A stretch of DNA of 64,000 nucleotides from Candidatus Woesearchaeota archaeon (GTDB lineage Archaea > Nanobdellota > Nanobdellia > CAYMVK01 > CAYYFB01): contig CAYYFB010000002.1 of NCBI GenBank assembly GCA_964471255.1, positions 106,283-170,282 on the forward strand, given 5' to 3'. Positions 28,206 through 38,109 of this stretch are shown here, in pieces. The stretch's first letter is position 1; each line of letters begins with the position of its first letter. The notes beneath the pieces were generated by a model. It did no database searches. It worked only from the letters and a program-made list of their open reading frames with translations, and was not told the origin of the DNA. The position numbers and the translations under genes were made by a program.

Positions 28206-29210
28206 ATGCCTGAATCGAAAGAGGATATTCCTTTGAAGGAGGCTGTTGAGGCACTGAAGCAAGCTTTAGGAGTCAAAACTCCCCAAACCATTTATGATTT
28301 TCTATCTGAGAAAGATGTTCTTTTAGTAAAAAAGTATGCACAAAATGTCCTAAAAGAATTTGGGAGATATATAAAAACAGTCGCCGTTGTTGGGTCAAGA
28401 AAGACTGGCGTGGGGAAAGAACCTTCATCAGATCTAGATGTAATTGTAATTGTAGATGATACTGATGTTGAGAAGATGACTAGAGAAGAAGTAAAGACTA
28501 GGCTTCTTTTAATGCTTTATAGCATAGGAGAGGCTACGGAAAGGGAAGTTTTGGGGGAAGGAAAAAAGAGGAGACTACATATAAATGCCTATCTGCTAAC
28601 TGAGTGGTGGAAAGCATTATTAGACTGTAATCCAGTGATATTTACAATGCTAGAGACAGGTTTTCCTGTTGTCGATAGAGGCTTCTTCTTACCTCTCCAG
28701 ATTCTCCTAAGAAAGGGAATGATCATACCATCTAGACAGCATATAGATGAGTTGATGAAAACTTCTTTGTTTTTAATGAGGAAAGCTAAGAATTTCCTTT
28801 ATCATGATGTAGTAAATGATCTTTTTTGGACAGTAAGTTGTGCGGTTCATTCCATTTTGATGGAATTAGGATACAAACCACCACTTCCAAAAAGAATGGC
28901 CGAGGTTGCTGAAAAAATACTTGTTGAGAAGCATGGGATCCTAAAAAAAGAACATGTAGAGACTATCAGGGAAGTTGTTCAATTAACCAAGGACCTGGAG
29001 CATGGAAAAAGGAAAGTTGTCTATGGGAAGGAATTAGATGAGCTCATTCAAAAGGTAGATGACCTTGTTAGGAGAATTGAAAGCGCTCTTGAGGAAAAAA
29101 GGAGAAAAGAAGGGGTTGAAATTGGTTGGAGGATAAAACCACCTGAAAAAATAAAGATAGAAAGACCAGGGATATTTAAAATAGAAAAAAGAGGGGTTAA
29201 AGAGGGATGA
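28206..29210 (+). CDS. Nucleotidyltransferase-domain protein (paralog of 26581..27315), translationally coupled to rpl35ae
   Basis: VAVVGSRKTGVGKEPSSDLDVIVIVDD is the NTase motif. The following helical domain aligns by eye with the 244-aa paralog (LLRKG.I.PS...). ATGA overlap with the L35Ae start. Confidence 0.65.
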   Translation: MPESKEDIPLKEAVEALKQALGVKTPQTIYDFLSEKDVLLVKKYAQNVLKEFGRYIKTVAVVGSRKTGVGKEPSSDLDVIVIVDDTDVEKMTREEVKTRLLLMLYSIGEATEREVLGEGKKRRLHINAYLLTEWWKALLDCNPVIFTMLETGFPVVDRGFFLPLQILLRKGMIIPSRQHIDELMKTSLFLMRKAKNFLYHDVVNDLFWTVSCAVHSILMELGYKPPLPKRMAEVAEKILVEKHGILKKEHVETIREVVQLTKDLEHGKRKVVYGKELDELIQKVDDLVRRIESALEEKRRKEGVEIGWRIKPPEKIKIERPGIFKIEKRGVKEG

Positions 29211-29494
29211 AGAAAAAGTTAAAGGGTATTATAGTAAGCTTCAGAAGGGGAAGACATACTCAGTACAATAGACAGATGATAGTAAAAATAGAGGGCATTA
29301 GAAGCAGAAAGGATGCGCAAAAAGTGGTGGGTTGGAAAGTTATTTGGAAAAGCAAGGGAGGAAAAACAATAGAAGGTGTTATTTCATCCCCACACGGAAA
29401 TAAAGGAAAAGTAAGAGCAATATTTTCAAAAGGAATGCCAGGTCAAGCTCTTTTATCAGAAGTCATTATCCTGCCTCCAGAAGGTTCTCACTAG
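29207..29494 (+). CDS. rpl35ae: Ribosomal protein L35Ae (eL33)
   Basis: GIIVSFRRGRHTQYNRQMIVKIEGI...GVISSPHGNKGKVRAIFSKGMPGQAL. Confidence 0.85.
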   Translation: MKKKLKGIIVSFRRGRHTQYNRQMIVKIEGIRSRKDAQKVVGWKVIWKSKGGKTIEGVISSPHGNKGKVRAIFSKGMPGQALLSEVIILPPEGSH

Positions 29495-29666
29495 AGATTC
29501 TTTTTTCAGCTTCCTCCAGTGTTCTTACTTTTATGCAAACATACTTAATAACTAAGTAATAATTATCTCTCTCTACAATTAAAAAGCCCGATAATGGCTT
29601 ATTGAAAGGTATCCTCTTTTCTATCTCTAAGAAATGTTTATCTAAGGCTCCTATTTCATCATCCAT
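29466..29666 (-). CDS. Small hypothetical protein
   Basis: 66-aa ORF downstream of and overlapping ORF 29651..30166. No motif. Confidence 0.3.
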   Translation of the reverse strand: MDDEIGALDKHFLEIEKRIPFNKPLSGFLIVERDNYYLVIKYVCIKVRTLEEAEKRISSENLLEAG

Positions 29667-30166
29667 TCCGCCTTCCCCTCTTCTAACTTTTTTTCTTCTT
29701 CTTTTATTTTTTCAAGAATCTTTTCTGAAAGATTCAAAATATATTTCCGGCATTCCGATATTTGCTTCACTGCATCCTTAAAGAATTCTATTTGTTTTTC
29801 AATACTTTCCTTTTCTTCTCCTACTCGAACGCTAGTCCAATATATCCTTAACAATTTAAAAACCCATCTCATTGCTTCTTCTCTTAACTTTCTATCTTTA
29901 AACGGGGATTCAAGGGCATGAATGGGATTTTTTGGAAAAAGGTAATCTGAAAGAAAAATTAAATATCTATCTGCTGATCTCCTTACTATCCAAAGCAAAG
30001 CTTCTATTACATTATATGAGCATTTGAAATGTTTTGGGTAAGTCACCTCCAAATTTTTTTCTATATCCTCTAATGGAGGAAGATTAAATTCCTTTCTTAT
30101 TTTCTCATATTCCTCTTCAAACTTCTTTCTAGCTTCTCTCTCAAAATAATCTAGGACTTCTATCAT
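29651..30166 (-). CDS. Hypothetical helical protein
   Basis: 171-aa ORF with no motif recognised. Confidence 0.45.
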   Translation of the reverse strand: MIEVLDYFEREARKKFEEEYEKIRKEFNLPPLEDIEKNLEVTYPKHFKCSYNVIEALLWIVRRSADRYLIFLSDYLFPKNPIHALESPFKDRKLREEAMRWVFKLLRIYWTSVRVGEEKESIEKQIEFFKDAVKQISECRKYILNLSEKILEKIKEEEKKLEEGKAEWMMK

Positions 30167-30168
30167 AT

Positions 30169-30672
30169 ATGAAGGAATGTATTTTTTGTAAGATAGCTAT
30201 TGGGAGTGTTCCATCTTACAAAATTTGGGAAACAGACTCTGTTCTCGGTGTCCTAGACATTCTTCCTGCCTCAAAAGGGCATGTTATTATATTTCCAAAA
30301 GAACATCTCGAGAAAATAGAAAGCATAAGTGATAATATTCTAAAAGAGATCGTTATAGCAATAAAAGCCTTATGCTCTGCCATTTATAGAGCATTCAATC
30401 CAAAAGGCATACATATAGTGGTAAATGAGGGAGAGATAGCTGGACAGACAGTGAAACATTTTTCAGTTAATATTATCCCACGATATGGAAATGAAAAGGT
30501 GGTTTGTGCATGGGAAAAGAGATCGGTCTCACCGGAGGAATTGGTTCAAATCCAGCAAGTACTGTTAAAAGCTCTCCAGCAGACCACTATAGCAAAAGAA
30601 GGGGAGAAAAAAGAAGAAAAGATTGAGGATATAGAAGTAAAATACCTAAGTAGCCTTTTTACTAGAAAGTGA
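30169..30672 (+). CDS. HIT-family protein with a degenerate histidine triad
   Basis: CIFCKI...[30 protein letters not shown] is the HIT fold. The triad position reads [10 protein letters not shown] instead of HxHxHxx. Confidence 0.7.
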   Translation: MKECIFCKIAIGSVPSYKIWETDSVLGVLDILPASKGHVIIFPKEHLEKIESISDNILKEIVIAIKALCSAIYRAFNPKGIHIVVNEGEIAGQTVKHFSVNIIPRYGNEKVVCAWEKRSVSPEELVQIQQVLLKALQQTTIAKEGEKKEEKIEDIEVKYLSSLFTRK

Positions 30673-30837
30673 TTTTCTTATCCATTTTTGTTTCCTTGGA
30701 TCTCTTTTTTGGATTATCATGAACCTTTCACACTTTCTGGAGCAGAATCTGTAAATAGTTCCATCTTTTTTTACATAAACTATCCCGGTTCCAGGAGCTA
30801 TTTCCTTACCACAAAATGAACATTTAAATATCTTCAT
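30646..30837 (-). CDS. rpl24e: Ribosomal protein L24e
   Basis: [39 protein letters not shown]. Confidence 0.9.
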   Translation of the reverse strand: MKIFKCSFCGKEIAPGTGIVYVKKDGTIYRFCSRKCERFMIIQKRDPRKQKWIRKSLSSKKAT

Positions 30838-31115
30838 TATCTTCTCCTCCTAGTAAGAGGAGCTGCTTCTATCTCTGGATCTCTTAAAATAATTATATCC
30901 CCAACCCTAACAGGTCCTCTCACATTCCTTCTTATTGTCCTTACTCTTCCCTCTGGCCCCTCAACTTTTACTAAAACTTGGATAGCCTCTCCTCTTACTC
31001 CTGTTCTCCCAATTATTTCAACAACTTCTCCAGGAACAGCTCCTTCTTCTTTTGCAGCCTTTAATCCTTCTGTTATTGTTTTTAGTCTTTTAAATCCTGC
31101 TTTTTTGCTTCCCAT
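30837..31115 (-). CDS. rps28e: Ribosomal protein S28e
   Basis: [23 protein letters not shown]...[26 protein letters not shown], preceded by a roughly 20-aa N-terminal extension. Confidence 0.88.
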   Translation of the reverse strand: MGSKKAGFKRLKTITEGLKAAKEEGAVPGEVVEIIGRTGVRGEAIQVLVKVEGPEGRVRTIRRNVRGPVRVGDIIILRDPEIEAAPLTRRRR

Positions 31116-31116
31116 A

Positions 31117-31491
31117 CTATTCCTTCTTTAATTCTTTTATTTTTTCAACAATCTCAGCCAGAAGAGTTCTCCCTTCTCCAGGGTCTATTACACATGCTGA
31201 TGCCGCTGGCCTAGGTATCCCTGCACTTTGTCCTAGTCTGTGTTTACTTGAGACAAAAATATATGGAATTCCTCTTTCTTTGCAGAGAGGAGGGAGATGC
31301 ATAACTATTTCTGGTGGATCAACATCCTCTGCTATTATAACAAGCTTTGCTAAACCTCTTTCAGTAGCTTTTGTCGTTTCGTTCGTACCTTTCTTTATTT
31401 GGCCGGTCTCTCTGGCTATCTCCATCAATTTATATACCTTCTCCATCAATTCCTCTGGGACTTCGAAGTCCACATAAGGGGGTTTCGTCAT
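31117..31491 (-). CDS. rpl7ae: Ribosomal protein L7Ae (K-turn binding; C/D and H/ACA RNP component)
   Basis: [53 protein letters not shown]. Confidence 0.92.
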   Translation of the reverse strand: MTKPPYVDFEVPEELMEKVYKLMEIARETGQIKKGTNETTKATERGLAKLVIIAEDVDPPEIVMHLPPLCKERGIPYIFVSSKHRLGQSAGIPRPAASACVIDPGEGRTLLAEIVEKIKELKKE

Positions 31492-31541
31492 CCTTCCTCA
31501 CCTGATAAAGAGAATTAGTGAAAATAACAATTTAAAGCTTA

Positions 31542-32204
31542 CTAAGTCACTACCTCCAGTGCTGCTAAGATATTCTTCTTTACAACCTCTATGCTCTCTG
31601 GAGTGGCTATTAGCAAAATATCCCCAGCTTTAAGGGTAATATCTTTGTCATAAAATATTACATTCCCTTCGCGAATTATTGCAAAAATAAAGAAAATATC
31701 TCCATTACCTTTTATTTTTCCTAAAGGGATATCTTTTGGCTGTGTTTTTATTTTTATTTTGAATATTTTCATACCATCTATTACTGAATACTTTTCTATT
31801 CGGTAAAGAAGCTCCATAACTTTTGACAATAGTAATTCTGACTCCACAGCAACCAGCAGCCCGTGATCTATAGCTACGTTTTCAAGACTTTCATCACTTA
31901 ACCGAACAATTACATTCCTTGCTCCTAAATTTTTTGCCACCATTCCTGTTGTGAAGTTCTTTGAATCGTTTTTACTTAAAACTATCACACAATCCATTTT
32001 ATCAGCTTTTGCCGTTCTTAGGGTCTTCTCATCAGCAATATCCCCAATATATCCTTCTATCCCAAATTTTTCAGTAATTTTTCGGCACTTATCTTCTCTT
32101 TCATGAAGAAGTATCACTCTATGTCCCTCTTTTAGCAATATACTCATTAACTTCTCCAAAAACTCTTCTTCCCCACCTACCAAAAGAATGCGCATGCTAT
32201 TCAC
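31542..32204 (-). CDS. trkA: Trk potassium uptake system, NAD-binding subunit
   Basis: RILLVGGEEEF (Rossmann N-terminus) plus a C-terminal TrkA-C-like domain. Overlaps the trkH-like gene. Confidence 0.75.
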   Translation of the reverse strand: MNSMRILLVGGEEEFLEKLMSILLKEGHRVILLHEREDKCRKITEKFGIEGYIGDIADEKTLRTAKADKMDCVIVLSKNDSKNFTTGMVAKNLGARNVIVRLSDESLENVAIDHGLLVAVESELLLSKVMELLYRIEKYSVIDGMKIFKIKIKTQPKDIPLGKIKGNGDIFFIFAIIREGNVIFYDKDITLKAGDILLIATPESIEVVKKNILAALEVVT

Positions 32205-33528
32205 CCTTCAGGAATAAAATAAGTGAAAATGGAAAGACAAATAAAGGAATAACCCCTAACCTCCCAGCTATCATTAGAAAGATTGCAAGTATTTTTTCCC
32301 AGGCTGCTAATTGTGTATTAACATATACATCACTTAGAAAAGATGCAGAAAGGAGCAAAGCCTCATTTAAGTTTCGATGAATAGAAAAAACAAGACCCGA
32401 TAGAAAAAATAAGAAAAGATAAGCTAGAACCAAAGATAAGGAATATTGAAAAATTTCGTCTTTTAGATATTCTCTGGCCACATAGCCTGGGGTTGCTTTT
32501 TTAACCTCTTCTTTTATAAAAGACAGAATACGGAGTAGCCTTTCAAATTTGATACCCCCAGATGGGCTTCCAACCATTCCTCCAACAAAGATGGCAAATA
32601 GAGAAATAAGAAACACGGCAGGATGCATATTTTTGATATCAGGTACAGCCGTAGTAGTTGATAGTAAAATACTGTTCTCGATACCTCTTACACCCTGAAA
32701 TACTGAGAAGATTGTAGCAAGCAAGCCTATGTAAAAAATATAGGTAAGAATTATTCTTCTGTAGGTTTTTTTCTTTATCCCAAATAACCTTGCCATACCT
32801 ACCCCTCCCGCGAGCGAGAGTAAGAGCAGTACAACTCTTTGCAGAAAGGAAGCTTTGGGAAACTCTCTTAATGTTCCAGTGCATACAGCTGCCATGACTT
32901 CAAATATTGCAGAAAGAGGACTCATTCCAGCAATTATTAAAAGAAAAACTCCTACTATTGTTATAATGACATAGAGAAATAGGATTTTTGAAATGAGACT
33001 TCTAATATCCCACCCCTCTTTTTCAATTCCTTCAATTTTTATCATTTCGAACCACCCGTAGGTTCTTCCGAGTAAAAATATTGAAAAGAATACAATACCC
33101 AAGCCGCCAAACCACTGTTGCAGTATAGACCAAGCAATTAGTGATAGAAAGCGTAATTCAAGATAGGGGGCTGCAGTAACAAAAGAACCATAGCTGTTGA
33201 AGAGTGCGTCAATTAAGCTAACGTTCCCTATTAAGTATGGAATTACTCCTATTAAAGGAAAGAGAATCCATACACTAACTACCGTGAGGGGAGCAAGCCA
33301 TTTTTTTGATGAAATTATACTTAAATCAACCTGAATCCTAGAAAGTTTATTCCCTATGAAAAAAAGGACATTACTCAAAAGCAAAAAAGCAATAGAAAAT
33401 TTAAGTTCTTCCAATTGAGTTGTCAGCCCAAAATAAAGGGAGAATATAGAGGCTACAAAAAATATAACTGAGTAAATATTCAGAGTAATACCTATAAACT
33501 TCCAAAAAATTTTTTGCGAAATATTCAT
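32197..33528 (-). CDS. trkH: Trk/Ktr-type potassium transporter membrane subunit
   Basis: 443-aa polytopic protein with repeated pore-loop-like GG segments (WFGGLGIV, SLAGGVGMA, VGSPSGGIKF). Adjacent to trkA. Confidence 0.7.
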   Translation of the reverse strand: MNISQKIFWKFIGITLNIYSVIFFVASIFSLYFGLTTQLEELKFSIAFLLLSNVLFFIGNKLSRIQVDLSIISSKKWLAPLTVVSVWILFPLIGVIPYLIGNVSLIDALFNSYGSFVTAAPYLELRFLSLIAWSILQQWFGGLGIVFFSIFLLGRTYGWFEMIKIEGIEKEGWDIRSLISKILFLYVIITIVGVFLLIIAGMSPLSAIFEVMAAVCTGTLREFPKASFLQRVVLLLLSLAGGVGMARLFGIKKKTYRRIILTYIFYIGLLATIFSVFQGVRGIENSILLSTTTAVPDIKNMHPAVFLISLFAIFVGGMVGSPSGGIKFERLLRILSFIKEEVKKATPGYVAREYLKDEIFQYSLSLVLAYLFLFFLSGLVFSIHRNLNEALLLSASFLSDVYVNTQLAAWEKILAIFLMIAGRLGVIPLFVFPFSLILFLKGE

Positions 33529-34154
33529 ATATCTGGTAATATCTTTTTCTTAATTATTTTTTCTTTAATTAAAGAGAAAACATCCTCCTTTGGCAATTCC
33601 CCATTTACGACTAATATTTGATCTACTTTAGAATACCTTTCTATTAGATATTTAAAATTTCTCCTAACTGCTGATAGAGTTTCTCTATTTTCATAGATTT
33701 TTCTTTCCTCGTTAAGAGAGTTTAATCTTCTCAAAGCCTCTTCTGGTGAAATATCTATAAATATAGACAAATCTGGAAAAAGAACGCCAGAACCAAAAAC
33801 GACCTCCTCCAAATATTCTAAAGGATAACCTTCAAGTAAATGATAAGCGAGAGTATCTAGATAATATCTTTCGCAAATAACAATCTTTCCTTCCCTGATT
33901 CCTTTTTTTATAACTCTTTCTGTATGATCTATCCTGTCTGCATTAAAAAGAAATAACAGAGACTTTCTATCTACCTCTATTTTCCCTCTAACTATTTCCT
34001 TTAATAATTTTCCTACAGGACCATTGCTCGGTTCTTTTGTGCAGATTACGCTATATCCTTCAGAAGTTAACCAATTGGAAAGCAATTTTAATTGTGTTGA
34101 TTTACCTGAGGCTGATATCCCGTATATTACTATAAAAGCTCCCCTCTTCATCAA
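33525..34154 (-). CDS. tmk: Thymidylate kinase
   Basis: FIVIYGISASGKSTQLKLL, KEPSNGPVGKLL, CERYYLDTLAY. Confidence 0.85.
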   Translation of the reverse strand: MMKRGAFIVIYGISASGKSTQLKLLSNWLTSEGYSVICTKEPSNGPVGKLLKEIVRGKIEVDRKSLLFLFNADRIDHTERVIKKGIREGKIVICERYYLDTLAYHLLEGYPLEYLEEVVFGSGVLFPDLSIFIDISPEEALRRLNSLNEERKIYENRETLSAVRRNFKYLIERYSKVDQILVVNGELPKEDVFSLIKEKIIKKKILPDI

Positions 34155-34521
34155 TGTTTCCCTCCAAATATTTTTTCAAATGTTCTAATCCTTTAAGCGT
34201 TTCCCAACTTCTCTTTAAAATGTATTTTTCCTTACCATATCCTTCCAGAATAAGAAAATCTCCTTCCCAACGCGCTGAGGAAAGCATTAAAGGCATTTCA
34301 GGGACCGGAAGATTCAGCAATATATATAATAAAAAACTGCCTTGACGATCCCTTATTATAGCTATTTCATCTTCAAAACTAATCTTAGCAGGGCTTTCTG
34401 GAGTGTTTAGGATGTCTCGTAGTTTTTCCTTACCCAAGCTTACTGCCTTACTAATAATATCCTCCAAGGTATAAGCGAGTCTAAAAAGAAACTCAAATAA
34501 TTTACTTGCACAGGTACTCAT
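34102..34521 (-). CDS. Hypothetical protein
   Basis: 139-aa ORF between the DUF763-like gene and tmk. It overlaps tmk by 53 nt. No motif. Confidence 0.4.
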   Translation of the reverse strand: MSTCASKLFEFLFRLAYTLEDIISKAVSLGKEKLRDILNTPESPAKISFEDEIAIIRDRQGSFLLYILLNLPVPEMPLMLSSARWEGDFLILEGYGKEKYILKRSWETLKGLEHLKKYLEGNIDEEGSFYSNIRDISLR

Positions 34522-35591
34522 ATTTCTTTTAGCCTTTCCAAGATTCTTATTTTTTCCTTCTTTCCAAGCTTTAAATCTTGTAAGATATCTTCCAAAACTT
34601 GGATGCTTTTATCGTAAACTCTCTTCTTTACAAAGAATGGAAACCCATCTTTTCCTCCATGAGCAAAGGAGAATAATAGTGGGTCTTCAAAGCTTAATTC
34701 GGTCCCATAGATTAGATGAGAAATAAGCGCAAGAGCTCTTATGATTGATGAGCCAAACCCTTTAATCATAAATAATTCTTCAAAATCTTTTGGACTGTGT
34801 TTATTTATTTTAGAAAGGACTTGAAATATTTTCTTTGGTATCTTTATTCTATGATTTTTTGGAAAAATTAAATAGGTGTCTTTTTCAAATAGTCTTTTTT
34901 GTCCTTTCAAAATCATTTTTAATGTCCTAAATTCTCTTTCAATCTTCCTTGGGTCCTCAGTAGCTAGATCATAAATTGTTTTTCTAGTTTCCCTGCTTTT
35001 CCTAGAAGTAAGATCAATAACCCATTCCTCTCTCTTAGATCCTATTATATTGGAATGGGGTTCTTCAAACCAATCCTTTAGATCAAAAATAGACCAATGA
35101 TATCTTCTCGCATATTGATTAACTGGATTCATCCCTTGCTGGACTACGACCCAGTTCCCCTTTTCATCAACTATTAAGGAATGTATATAGAGCGAATACC
35201 CATCTTGCAATAAGGCATTATCAACTTTTGCACATAACCTGCTTATCTTCTTAAATTTTCCCTTTTCTCTTAATTTTGATTTATCTATTTCCTCCAAAGT
35301 TTTCAAGCTATGTTTTCCTTTTCCTCCAAATACTTGAATCTCATCAATGCCCTTTAACGCCTGTTTTAATGCATAAAGAGTTGCCGTGGTTGATCCTGAG
35401 GAATGCCAATCAAATCCCAAAACACAAGAGAAAGATTGGAACCAAATTGGATCGCTTAAAAATTTTAGGAACTTCTTTGTCCCAAATTCTAAGATAATTA
35501 TCTCAGAGATCTCCCTAGCTAATTTTATCATCCTACTCATTAGCCAAGGTGGGATTTTTCCATAATGGAGAGGGAGTTCAACTACTTTCAC
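34518..35591 (-). CDS. DUF763-family protein
   Basis: The N-terminus VELPLHYGKIPPWL and FDWHSSGSTTATL resemble my recollection of the conserved archaeal DUF763 family. Confidence 0.55.
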   Translation of the reverse strand: MKVVELPLHYGKIPPWLMSRMIKLAREISEIIILEFGTKKFLKFLSDPIWFQSFSCVLGFDWHSSGSTTATLYALKQALKGIDEIQVFGGKGKHSLKTLEEIDKSKLREKGKFKKISRLCAKVDNALLQDGYSLYIHSLIVDEKGNWVVVQQGMNPVNQYARRYHWSIFDLKDWFEEPHSNIIGSKREEWVIDLTSRKSRETRKTIYDLATEDPRKIEREFRTLKMILKGQKRLFEKDTYLIFPKNHRIKIPKKIFQVLSKINKHSPKDFEELFMIKGFGSSIIRALALISHLIYGTELSFEDPLLFSFAHGGKDGFPFFVKKRVYDKSIQVLEDILQDLKLGKKEKIRILERLKEI

Positions 35592-35640
35592 GAATTTTTT
35601 AAGAATTATCTCTAATTATCCTTTAGCCTGAAATTTGATC

Positions 35641-36621
35641 TTACTGGAAGAGATTATCGATCTCAGGAAATTTTGTTAATATATGAAGATTAGCTGATCT
35701 TTTTGATTTTATTTTTATTCCTATTTCCTTTTCGCTAAAGCATCTTGCCCTTAAGAATCTTCTATCAAAGAGGGATTGAGAGCCTATAGAAATCCTATCA
35801 TAAATCCCTCTAGAATAAAAAAAGTCTTTGAAAATTTGTACATTTCTTGGATTAAAATCATAAATCCTAAATCCATAAAGCCTTCTTTCTTCCAGAAATT
35901 GGATTAGGTCATCATTATGTGTTTTAGATATTTCAAACTCTTCTTCCCCAATAAATTTTACCTTTCTTAAAATTAGTTCTCTCTCGCTTCTAAGTTTCTC
36001 AATCAATGAGAGGTACTCTTTTTCCAGAGCATTTGCTGGAGGAAGGATTTTCCTTTCCTTAATTTTTTTATTCGTAAAGAGGAATGCAACAGAAATTGAA
36101 TATTTTCTAGGGACAACTTCAAAGGGTATTTTATTTTCTTTTAAGGTAGTATAAACGTCAATTCCCCAACTTTCTGGAGGGTAATGTTTCAGACTTGGTT
36201 TTCTGCAAGGCTTTCTCTCTAAGCAGGCACATTTTCTACATAAATTGCAAGGAGAAACTATCCCTAGAAAAAGACCTTTATTCGAAAATATTCTAAATAA
36301 TTTCCATCCTATCTTTTTCTTTTTGCTACTAATTATCCTATGCATTAAAACTAGCTTTATAACTTTCTGAGGTAAGTGCTTTACACTTTTCCAAATTTCA
36401 GATAAGGAAAAATAATGATAAATAACGTGGCAATATTTGTATTTTCTTGTGATTTCCCTAGCTTGAGAGGGTAAGGGAGTATAGGGAGGGCAAGTATAGT
36501 GTTTATTATAGCCTGGGCATTCCATGCAAAGAAAGCGGGTATATAGGTCAAAAATTGGGGCCTCTATTCTCTTTATACCTAACTTAAGCTCCTCTGGATT
36601 AGTATTCAAAAAAATGTCCAT
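35641..36621 (-). CDS. Cys-rich metal-binding protein (DUF2284-like)
   Basis: CMECPGYNKHYTCPPYTP and CNLCRKCACLERKPC cysteine clusters. Confidence 0.5.
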   Translation of the reverse strand: MDIFLNTNPEELKLGIKRIEAPIFDLYTRFLCMECPGYNKHYTCPPYTPLPSQAREITRKYKYCHVIYHYFSLSEIWKSVKHLPQKVIKLVLMHRIISSKKKKIGWKLFRIFSNKGLFLGIVSPCNLCRKCACLERKPCRKPSLKHYPPESWGIDVYTTLKENKIPFEVVPRKYSISVAFLFTNKKIKERKILPPANALEKEYLSLIEKLRSERELILRKVKFIGEEEFEISKTHNDDLIQFLEERRLYGFRIYDFNPRNVQIFKDFFYSRGIYDRISIGSQSLFDRRFLRARCFSEKEIGIKIKSKRSANLHILTKFPEIDNLFQ

Positions 36622-36645
36622 ATTACGATGAAAAATTCCTCTTTG

Positions 36646-38109
36646 TTAGGAAATTATAAATTGCTTGCAAACCCCCCTTCCTTGGATTATCAGACATAGT
36701 TCGTAGACTCCGGATCCTAGCAAATCGCAATTAAAGACTCTTGGACGGATATAAATATCGGTTATTACATTTGCCTGGAGGTCAATGGGACCAATATAAG
36801 AATGATTACAGATAAGCTTTCCGGAGCAAGAGTAATCTCTAGAAAGGCCTTTGAGCTTAAAATAACTACCGTTGAAAGGAATGGTTTCTTCAGAAATTAG
36901 AGATACTTTAATTGGACCCAAATAGATTTGTTTTATTTCTTCCTCGCTCAAAGCTCTGTTGTAGATGCGGACTTCGTCGATGGTGCCGTTCCAGAAATCT
37001 ATAGGCGCTCCTTGAGATACACCAACCCTAACTCTTGGCCCAGTATCACGTGGATAGGATGTTACTTCCTTTTCTTCTTCCAATATACCATCAACGTAAA
37101 TTCTTAAGAGAAGCTTACCGTTTATCAGGCCATAAGTCCCAGCTACATGATGCCATCTTCCATCATTTATCAAACTCGTGCTTTCTGCACTATGCCAATT
37201 AGCCCCATCATAATACTGAACTCTTGCAGCTCCCCAAGGTCTCATATCAAGATGATAATCCCAATCATTGCCTGCAGAAACTATCATTCTACGCTCGCCT
37301 GAGTAAGTTGTTTTAACCCACGTTACAAGAGTGAAATCTTTTAAAGGCTTACCTACTGCTTCTGTGATTTCCACATAATCATCTACTCCATCAAAACTCA
37401 AAGCTTTACCAAAACCTGAGCTTTCTTGATGGCTTTCATAAACAATATGATGTGAATCATGTGCAATGTTTCCTTTTCCCTCATCAAATCTCCAAAAAGC
37501 GATTAATCCATCTTGAATGAACGTATTGTTTTCATAGATCGCTTTTATCTCTTCTTCTGTTAGGGCTCTATTGTATATCCTCACTTCATCTATAATCCCA
37601 TTAACAGTTCTCTCCTCTCCAGCCATCCCTCCTATCCATAGGCTCTCCGTGCTTTCTGCTACTGAATATCCCGCAAATTTATCCGTTTGCTTTACAAGTT
37701 CACCATTAATGTAAAGTTTCAGGTAGGTTCCATCCCATGTTCCAACTACAAATTGCCATTCGTCCGTTAATTTGCCCCCTTCTAAAGTATGCCACCCTTC
37801 TCCGTCATAAAATCCAATGAGAAATCTATTTGGGTAGACATACTCATCAATTGCCAGACCATAGGAGAGCCATTTCCACGCGATAAAGTCCCAGTAAGGA
37901 GCAGCGCTAGGTTTGCTTTTGGCTTTTACCCACGCTGCAATTGTAAAGTTCTGTAGGTTTAGAGTATCACTATGAGATATTTCAACATAATCATCCACTC
38001 CATCGAACTGTAAAGCTTTTCCTATCTTCCCATCTACCCACCTAGCCCCAAAGATACTTCCATCATTTAGGACTTCCCCCATAAAAAATTCCATCATTTC
38101 CATTCCCAC
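36646..38109 (-). CDS. Tandem LamG / concanavalin-A-like lectin domain protein (likely the 3' part of a frameshifted gene)
   Basis: Two repeats of GKALxFDGVDDYVEI...W...IDEVRIYNRAL(T/S)EEEIK. No signal peptide of its own. It overlaps ORF 38063..38365 by 47 nt in another frame. Confidence 0.75.
   Translation of the reverse strand: MGMEMMEFFMGEVLNDGSIFGARWVDGKIGKALQFDGVDDYVEISHSDTLNLQNFTIAAWVKAKSKPSAAPYWDFIAWKWLSYGLAIDEYVYPNRFLIGFYDGEGWHTLEGGKLTDEWQFVVGTWDGTYLKLYINGELVKQTDKFAGYSVAESTESLWIGGMAGEERTVNGIIDEVRIYNRALTEEEIKAIYENNTFIQDGLIAFWRFDEGKGNIAHDSHHIVYESHQESSGFGKALSFDGVDDYVEITEAVGKPLKDFTLVTWVKTTYSGERRMIVSAGNDWDYHLDMRPWGAARVQYYDGANWHSAESTSLINDGRWHHVAGTYGLINGKLLLRIYVDGILEEEKEVTSYPRDTGPRVRVGVSQGAPIDFWNGTIDEVRIYNRALSEEEIKQIYLGPIKVSLISEETIPFNGSYFKLKGLSRDYSCSGKLICNHSYIGPIDLQANVITDIYIRPRVFNCDLLGSGVYELCLIIQGRGVCKQFIIS

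Noticed and set aside
32639-32884. 81-aa same-strand alternative-frame ORF inside trkH, and likewise 38142..38381 inside the pilin-like ORF.
   Set aside because: Both are nested in out-of-frame positions within better-supported genes. Their products are compositionally odd and have no start context.
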